From Candidatus Krumholzibacteriia bacterium (GTDB lineage: Bacteria > Krumholzibacteriota > Krumholzibacteriia > Krumholzibacteriales > Krumholzibacteriaceae), in the NCBI GenBank assembly GCA_963836185.1, contig CAWIIQ010000003.1, positions 352,001 to 416,000 on the forward strand: a stretch of 64,000 nt of DNA, in the 5' to 3' direction. Below the pieces are notes generated by a model. It did not search any database and had not been told where the DNA came from. It saw only the letters and a list, made by a program, of their open reading frames with translations. Position 1 is the first letter of the stretch. Each line of letters starts with the position of its first letter. Both the position numbers and the translations under genes were made by a program. Below are positions 58,077 to 64,000 of this stretch, piece by piece.

Positions 58077-58658
58077 CTACCTGAGTAAAAGCATCTTCTT
58101 GACAGCGCTGAAGTCGCCGACTTTCAGTCGATAAAAATACACGCCGGATGAGACTGTGCCCCCCCGTTCATTCGTTCCGTCCCAGTTCATGCGATGCTTT
58201 CCAGGAGATTTGATATCACTGACGAGGCATCGTATTTTTTGTCCCTTTACGTTGAATATTGTTATCTCGACCAGGCTTTTCACGTCGACCATGTACTCGA
58301 TCGTTGTCACAGGATTGAATGGGTTGGGGTAGTTCTGGAAGAGCTCGTTCCTCAGGACCTGAGGTGTGTCATCGCCGGTTATTATCTCCTGCCAGACAGT
58401 CTTCCAGAATCCCAGATACAGGACCTTCCCGTCGGCCGAGAGTGCGCCCGGAGTGGAAGGTTGCCCCATGGTTCCGTTGATCCGTTTTTGTGTGTTTGAT
58501 GCCTGGGCGCCAGAAGAGCCGATGACAGATGTCCGGAGAAGGTACGCAGATTGCGCCGCCGAATCTTTGCTTTTCGCTTTCGCGTTCTGGTTTGGAGTGA
58601 CAGAAGGCAGAAGGAGAAGGAGCACAAAAAGCACACACAGAAAATTCGATTTCGACAT
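58077..58658 (-). CDS. Small secreted protein: 'SVIG...GTMGQ...GFW' module plus FlgD-Ig/T9SS-type CTD
   Basis: Signal peptide, YLLRTSVIGSSG...INGTMGQ...LYLGFW, QNYPNPFNP...SGVYFYRL...KKMLLLR. Confidence 0.75.
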   Translation of the reverse strand: MSKSNFLCVLFVLLLLLPSVTPNQNAKAKSKDSAAQSAYLLRTSVIGSSGAQASNTQKRINGTMGQPSTPGALSADGKVLYLGFWKTVWQEIITGDDTPQVLRNELFQNYPNPFNPVTTIEYMVDVKSLVEITIFNVKGQKIRCLVSDIKSPGKHRMNWDGTNERGGTVSSGVYFYRLKVGDFSAVKKMLLLR

Positions 58659-59034
58659 CCCGCATTCACCCCCTTTGCAGGAATTGAGAATCGCATCGAG
58701 TGAAGGCAGGAATATCTGAATCCCGTGCGGTGCCTGACTTCGCTCATGATTTAACCTAAATAAATTTCTGGATTTGCACACAATTGTACATAAATGGCTG
58801 AATAACATCAACTAAAATATAAACAAGCGGTTACAGCATCACAGGGATATCACAGCTGCTCCCTCGGGAGACGCTGTTATCAATATTGGGTGTTCCCTGT
58901 CGCGCATGAAGTTCAGAGCTGTCTTGAGATAGTGTTACAGTCCTTTATTCTGGACTTTCCACATATGTACTAGTAGATTATGTTTTCGGAATAGAAGAGT
59001 GGAAAAATAATAACCTGTTGATATTGATGGAACT

Positions 59035-59108
59035 GCGCCCGTAGCTCAGCTGGATAGAGCAGCGGACTTCTAATCCGCAGGCCACAGGTTCGAATCCTGT
59101 CGGGCGTA
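59035..59108 (+). tRNA. tRNA-Arg(TCT)
   Basis: GCGCCCG/CGGGCGT acceptor stem, GCGGA-CTTCTAA-TCCGC anticodon arm, GGTTCGAATCC. CCA not encoded. Confidence 0.95.
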
Positions 59109-59115
59109 TTTTAAT

Positions 59116-59160
59116 ACTCAGAGCCGCCCTGGATATCCCGGGCGGCTCTGGAGTTGCTTT
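59116..59160 (+). terminator. Hairpin/terminator after tRNA-Arg
   Basis: AGAGCCGCCC-loop-GGGCGGCTCT stem, then a short T tract. Confidence 0.55.
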
Positions 59161-59176
59161 TGTAAGAGGAATCTCA

Positions 59177-60406
59177 TTGAAATCCAGTAGTACGAAGCTC
59201 ATCGCCGCGATTCTCGCTGCAGGCCTGCTCCTGTCCATATCTTCCGAACAGTCATTCTCTGCATCACCGGTAAACCCTGATTCTTCCGGAACGGCAGAGA
59301 AGGAGTCCTTCTGGTCGAAGCTCAAGGATCCGGAGGACGGAGCCTTTGATCTCGGCCGGCTGATCTCGGGAGGCGCCGGGTTTGTGCCTGTTCTGGTCCC
59401 GATCACCGAACCGGCAGTAGGATTCGGGCTCGCAGGCGCTCTCCTGTACATACATCCTTCCAAAGATGCCGGACTGACAAAGGATGGCAGGCGTATTCCT
59501 CCCTCGATCAGCATGCTCGGCGGGGGAGTGACCGAGAACGGGACGTGGGCCGCCGCGCTGGGTCACATGGGTGTGTGGAAGCAGGGAAAGATCCGTTATC
59601 TCGGAGGGCTTCTCTACGCCGATGCCAACCTCGATTTCTACGGGACAGCTTCAGGGACCGGCTCGAGCTTGGCATCGGTCTCATGGAACATAAAGGCCGG
59701 CGGTACCGTCCAGCAGCTTCAGTACCAGGTGTGGCCGGGAGTGTTCGTCGGCGCTAAATATTCATTTGTCAATACGAAGAACAGCCTGGACCTTACGGAA
59801 GTTGCTCCAGGATTGCCGGAGAGCGAAAAGGAATCGAGGCTCGGGGGCCTCGGCGCGAGCGTCAGCTGGGACAGCAGGGACAATATATTCACTCCGGACA
59901 AGGGACTTTACGGGAGAGTCCTGGCGACGAGGTTTGACAATATATTCGGCGGCGATTTTGACTATAATCGCCTTGATCTCGATGCTATCGGGTATTTCGG
60001 GATCGGCCCCGTTGTTCTCGGGACTCGCCTGCAGGGCACAGGTGTGGGTGACGGCGCGCCTTTCTACTCGTTGCCATTCCTGATGCTCAGAGGTGTTCCG
60101 GCTTTTCGCTATCTCGGCAGATACACCGCACTGGTCGAAGTCGAGCCGCGCTGGAAGGTGACCTCCAGATGGAGCCTGGTCGGCTTCTGCGGAGCCGGCT
60201 GGGTCGCCCCGGACTTCAGCGATTTCGGGGATGCCGAGACGATCGTCGCGGGAGGAGGAGGGTTCCGCTATCTGCTCGTCCGAAAGATGGGAATGGGCAT
60301 AGGCATCGATGTCGCGCGCGGGCCGGAGCAGACGGCATTTTATATCATCCTCGGAAGCTACTGGAGCAGAGTTATGATAAGAGGCTCCCATTTTCACAGG
60401 GGCTGA
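59177..60406 (+). CDS. Omp85/BamA-TamA-like surface-antigen beta-barrel lacking POTRA domains
   Basis: PITEPAVGFG, WDSRDNIFTPDKG, LRGVP..RY.G, GGGFRYL, GIDVA.G. Confidence 0.78.
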   Translation: MKSSSTKLIAAILAAGLLLSISSEQSFSASPVNPDSSGTAEKESFWSKLKDPEDGAFDLGRLISGGAGFVPVLVPITEPAVGFGLAGALLYIHPSKDAGLTKDGRRIPPSISMLGGGVTENGTWAAALGHMGVWKQGKIRYLGGLLYADANLDFYGTASGTGSSLASVSWNIKAGGTVQQLQYQVWPGVFVGAKYSFVNTKNSLDLTEVAPGLPESEKESRLGGLGASVSWDSRDNIFTPDKGLYGRVLATRFDNIFGGDFDYNRLDLDAIGYFGIGPVVLGTRLQGTGVGDGAPFYSLPFLMLRGVPAFRYLGRYTALVEVEPRWKVTSRWSLVGFCGAGWVAPDFSDFGDAETIVAGGGGFRYLLVRKMGMGIGIDVARGPEQTAFYIILGSYWSRVMIRGSHFHRG

Positions 60407-60409
60407 AGA

Positions 60410-61649
60410 ATGAATTCAAAATCGGCGGAGTCCATCGCGTGCCCTGTATGCAAGGGCGGTCTCGAACAGCGGGACGGCTCGCTGGCCTGCGAAACAGTGT
60501 TCTATCGACTACACTGTCACAGATAACATTCCGCAGCTCTTTCCACCATCCGACAGACTTACGATAGACCCGGCGGAGCTTCGCATCAAGACCCGCGAGG
60601 AAGCGGCCGGGACCCTCGATGAGATGGCCCGCAGTGACCGCGGCTTCATATCGTCTCCCCGGCATTTCTACGCGTTCTACCTGCTTCTCCTCGTGACACT
60701 CGTCTTCAGGCTCGAATCGGGCGTATTCATGATCATCGCTCTGCTGCTGGCGGACTGGATATTCTTCAGGGTGCGAAGGAGACGTGTCCTGGAAAGCGCC
60801 CTGGCGAATACTCTCCGCTTGAGATCTGTCGCCGATTACGAGGAGGTCGATGAGGTTTACCGCCGCGAAGGAAAGGCCCAGCCGACAATGACCGACTGGG
60901 TCCGGCTGGCAGGCGGGACCCCTGACGGGGGGACGGGATCGACCGATGCGGAGGACCAGGACGATGAACGCTACCGCGATATCCTTCGTGTATATCAGCA
61001 GAAGGATGCCGAAGTCGTCGTCGACGTCGGCGCGAATGACGGAAGGGCATATTTCAAGTTCGGCATCGGGGAGGGCAAAACTTTCATAGGGATCGACGTG
61101 AGCCATCTGCTCCTCGCGGAATTCATGTGGCGCGTCCCCGGTCAGACCGCTCTCCAGGCGGACGGGATCTGCCTGCCCCTGAAGGACTCGACTGTCGATT
61201 TTCTCTTCTGCACCGAGACGCTCGAGCACCTCGCCGACCCTCAGCAGGCGATGCTCGAGTTCGGCCGCGTTCTCAGGTCGGGAGGCCGCCTGATCATCCA
61301 GAGCCCGAACGCTCACCGCATCCGCAACCTCAATCCTTTCCACTTGGCGACGAACGCCTTGGGCCTGCTCAGTGACCAGGTCCTGCAGAAGAAGGTCGTC
61401 CACGAGAACACATGGCACAACGCGGCCACCTATCACTGGGACTTCTCGGTCCAGGATTACCGGAGGATGGCGGCGAAGGCAGGTTTGAAGGTCACAGAGC
61501 TTCGCAGCGGACAGTTCTTCTTTCCCAGGTTTCTCATGTCCGGGCGCGCCGATGGCTTTGATAAAGAAGGAAAAGCTCGTCGGGTCGATTCCCCTTTTCA
61601 GGATGTTCGGCGGAGACCTGGTGATGGTGGCATCCGCGAGGGCCGCTGA
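60410..61649 (+). CDS. Class I SAM-dependent methyltransferase with Trm112-like Zn ribbon and TM hairpin (frameshift about 60492)
   Basis: ATG 60410 gives CPVCKGGL...C, and after one extra A, QCSIDY.V.DNIPQL joins ORF 60624. VVDVGANDG, GIDVS, ETLEHL, RVLRSGG. Confidence 0.72.
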
Positions 61650-61687
61650 CAGGAATTGAGCGAAGGACCTCCCTGAAAGCCTTGGTA

Positions 61688-62973
61688 TTATCTCCCTGAG
61701 ATTTCAGGTCCCGAAGAGTTCAGGATCGAATTCACCGGCCTGAACCCGACAGATCTCGGAGCAAGGATCGGATGGTAGCAGTCCCGGTCCGCCGAGCGGC
61801 ACTGCGCAGCGCCGTACCGCCAGGTCCCGCCCCGGACTATCCGCCTGGTATAACCTGATTCGGGTCCCGGGGGATCGATGATCGAGTCCCCGCAGCCCGC
61901 GTACATGTCCTCCCTGTACCAGTCGTTACACCACTCGGAGAGGTTCCCGTGCATGTCGTAGAGGCCCCAGTCGTTCGGTATCTTCTGAGCGACGGCGGAG
62001 GACCAGTTTTCATCGTTCCCGCAGTACCATCCGATCACGTCGAGGACCGGATCGTAATCGCAGTATCGCTCCGTGATATCGCCGTTGGCGAATGCGGTCG
62101 TGGCCCCGGCCCGGCAGGCGTACTCCCACTCCGCTTCGGTAGGAAGCCGGTATGCGTATGCTGAACACGGATCGTGATCGTTGCACAGCCAGGTATCGTG
62201 ATCGTAGGACATCGGGTCATCGGTGTATCTTATCGTCAGCCAGTCACAGTAAGCCGCTGCGCCGAACCAGGTGACATGATAGACGGGATGGTCCGGATTG
62301 ATGCCGTGACCGCCGCGTCCCTCAGCGAGAAGATCCCGTCGTTGTACGCGATCTCGCTCGTCGGCTCGCCGATGTAATAGAGGGCTTCATCGTTGAAGTC
62401 CATATTGTCCCAGACGATAGTGTCGGTAACAGTCACAAGGTCCCAGTCGGCCGCCCACTGGAGCATCTCCATGTACTGCTGGTTGGTGACCTCGGTCGTC
62501 TGGATATAGAAGTCATGCGTCAATACGACGGTGTGCTGGGGACGCTCATCGAGATATGTGCCCGGTTCGTCGGATGGCGCGCCCCTCGTGTAACTTCCGC
62601 GCGACAGCAGGACGAAAGTCGCATTGGTCAATCCCTGCTGGGAATACACCCCGTTGAATGTCAGCGTGCTGTTGGACGACAGCGTGCGTGTATCGCCGGC
62701 CGGCGTTATCCATTCCGATACATCTCCCCAGTCGATCGTGTAGCTTCCCGCGGTCATATCGGTCATCGTGGAATCTCCCGTGCCGCTCGCGCTGAAACTC
62801 TCCGGGCCGGTCAGGTCCCATGGCGCGTCGAGCATTTCAGGCTCAGCGTCTATCACTACCGTACCGGGCTCATCCGATCCGACCGGATCGGTGGGGTCGT
62901 CTTCGCCGGCGCAGCCGGACAGCAGGAAGATGACAAGAAGGGACAGAACAACTCTGGGCGAGAATCCGTTCAT
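61688..62973 (-). CDS. Formylglycine-generating enzyme (SUMF1/FGE-sulfatase) family lipoprotein (frameshift about 62313)
   Basis: LSGC lipobox, ERPQHTV, TTEVTN.QY, YRLPTEAEWEYACRAG, GLYDMHGN, RGGTW, GFR. Confidence 0.85.
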
Positions 62974-63142
62974 GGCCGCACTCCTGTGAAAAGGGTGTTA
63001 CAGATATTTATATATTCAAGCCGCTTCCAAGGTGGATCGTTCGAGGCGTATTATAGCAGAAGGGAAGGTCCTGTTTCAACCGCTCCTCATTGGTTTTCGC
63101 TTGCAGAAGGCCCGCAAGGCGGATAAATTATAGTTCTTGTGT

Positions 63143-63219
63143 GGTGGGCGTAGCTCAGCTGGTAGAGCCCTGGATTGTGGTTCCAGTTGTCGCGGGTTCA
63201 ATCCCCGTCGTCCACCCCA
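63143..63219 (+). tRNA. tRNA-His(GTG)
   Basis: G-1 plus GTGGGCG/CGTCCAC acceptor, C discriminator, CCA, CTGGA-TTGTGGT-TCCAG anticodon arm. Confidence 0.95.
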
Positions 63220-63234
63220 CTTTTATTAAAACAG

Positions 63235-63266
63235 AAGCCCGCCCCCATGAGGGAGGCGGGCTTTTC
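63235..63266. terminator. Terminator between convergent tRNA-His and peroxiredoxin
   Basis: GAAGCCCGCC...GGCGGGCTTTT hairpin. Confidence 0.65.
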
Positions 63267-63294
63267 AATTCTACGTTCCGTTCCCCGGGAGCTG

Positions 63295-63768
63295 TTACTT
63301 CAGTTCCTCGAGCTTCGCCTGGATAGCCGCGAAGTCGGGCATCACCAGAGGATCCTCTGAGATGGCCGCGAAAGCGATCTTGCCTTCCTTGTCGATGATG
63401 AAGGCGGATCTCTTGGCTACGCCGTTCAGCGGCCCGAGAGTCTCGTGAAAGGCGCCGTATGCCGGGCTGACCGTCTTGTTGAAGTCGCTGACCAGGGTGT
63501 ACTGCAGGCCGAGCAGCTCTTTCCACTTCTCCAGGACGAACGGATGGTCGACGCTGATCCCGACGATCTCGGCGTCGAGGTTCTGCCACTCGCTGAACCC
63601 GTCACGCACCGAGCAGAGCTCTTCGTGACAGGGAGGGCTGAACGCGAAGGGGAAGAAGAGGAGCAGTATGTTCTTCTTGCCCACGTAATCGGACAGTTTC
63701 CAGGTAGTTTCCAGGGTCAGGGGAAGCTCGAAGTCGGGGGCCTTGTCGCCTATGTTCAGCTGTGCCAT
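63295..63768 (-). CDS. Peroxiredoxin (AhpC/TSA, AhpE/BCP-like)
   Basis: GDKAPDFEL, FFPFAFSPPCHEELC, GISVD, RSAFIIDKEG. Confidence 0.88.
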   Translation of the reverse strand: MAQLNIGDKAPDFELPLTLETTWKLSDYVGKKNILLLFFPFAFSPPCHEELCSVRDGFSEWQNLDAEIVGISVDHPFVLEKWKELLGLQYTLVSDFNKTVSPAYGAFHETLGPLNGVAKRSAFIIDKEGKIAFAAISEDPLVMPDFAAIQAKLEELK

Positions 63769-63921
63769 CTGGGGTCCTCCTTGAAAAGAAGCGTTTCGGT
63801 TCGATAATACCTAAATGATAATCATTCCTAATATGCCTCGGGTTCATCGTAATGTCAATTAAAAACCGCCTGAGTGCCCATTATCCCCCCGAATAGAACC
63901 GATATCAAGGCTTATTAATAC

Positions 63922-63949
63922 TTGACGAATGGCCTCAAAACGGTACAAT
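63922..63949 (+). promoter_or_regulatory. Putative sigma70 promoter for a gene beyond the window
   Basis: TTGACG-16 bp-TACAAT in an AT-rich intergenic region. Confidence 0.45.
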
Positions 63950-64000
63950 AGTCGGTGTTCAAATAAGAAATAATTTAATGAACCAGGGGATGATGCGGGG

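Noticed and set aside
59035-63219. Genomic island bounded by tRNA-Arg and tRNA-His
   Set aside because: No integrase and no duplicated tRNA 3' end were seen.

Overview
About 60% GC chromosomal DNA from a diderm (Gram-negative) bacterium. Several secreted proteins end in an NYPNPFNP...SGVYF...K-x-x-L-L-R/K FlgD-Ig/T9SS-type tail, which suggests an FCB-group lineage such as Ca. Krumholzibacteriota/Latescibacterota (inference only). In order, the window holds: a Cus-type RND efflux operon with a YHS/His-rich protein; a complete Pho locus (phoBR, porin, pstSCAB, phoU) with three 11-bp-periodic Pho-box arrays; a cobalamin riboswitch controlling a TonB receptor and a beta-propeller; OmpA; trkHA; uncharacterised secreted and lipoproteins; agmatinase; an XRE operon; a Na+/solute symporter followed by three small membrane proteins; a Tat-signal 4Fe-4S protein; a Czc-type RND operon with a His-rich, RAPP-ending leader; an about 10 kb run of CTD adaptor, fibre protein, C10 protease and GH2/GH92 mannosidases; tRNA-Arg; Omp85; a methyltransferase; an FGE-family protein; tRNA-His; a peroxiredoxin. 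About ten genes carry small (1-2 bp) frameshifts, most likely long-read assembly errors. No CRISPR array, rRNA, integrase or transposase was seen. The best novelty candidates are the RAPP leader of czcCBA, the 'GQ...GFW'-CTD adaptor plus IMC fibre pair, the symporter microproteins and the leaderless XRE operon.
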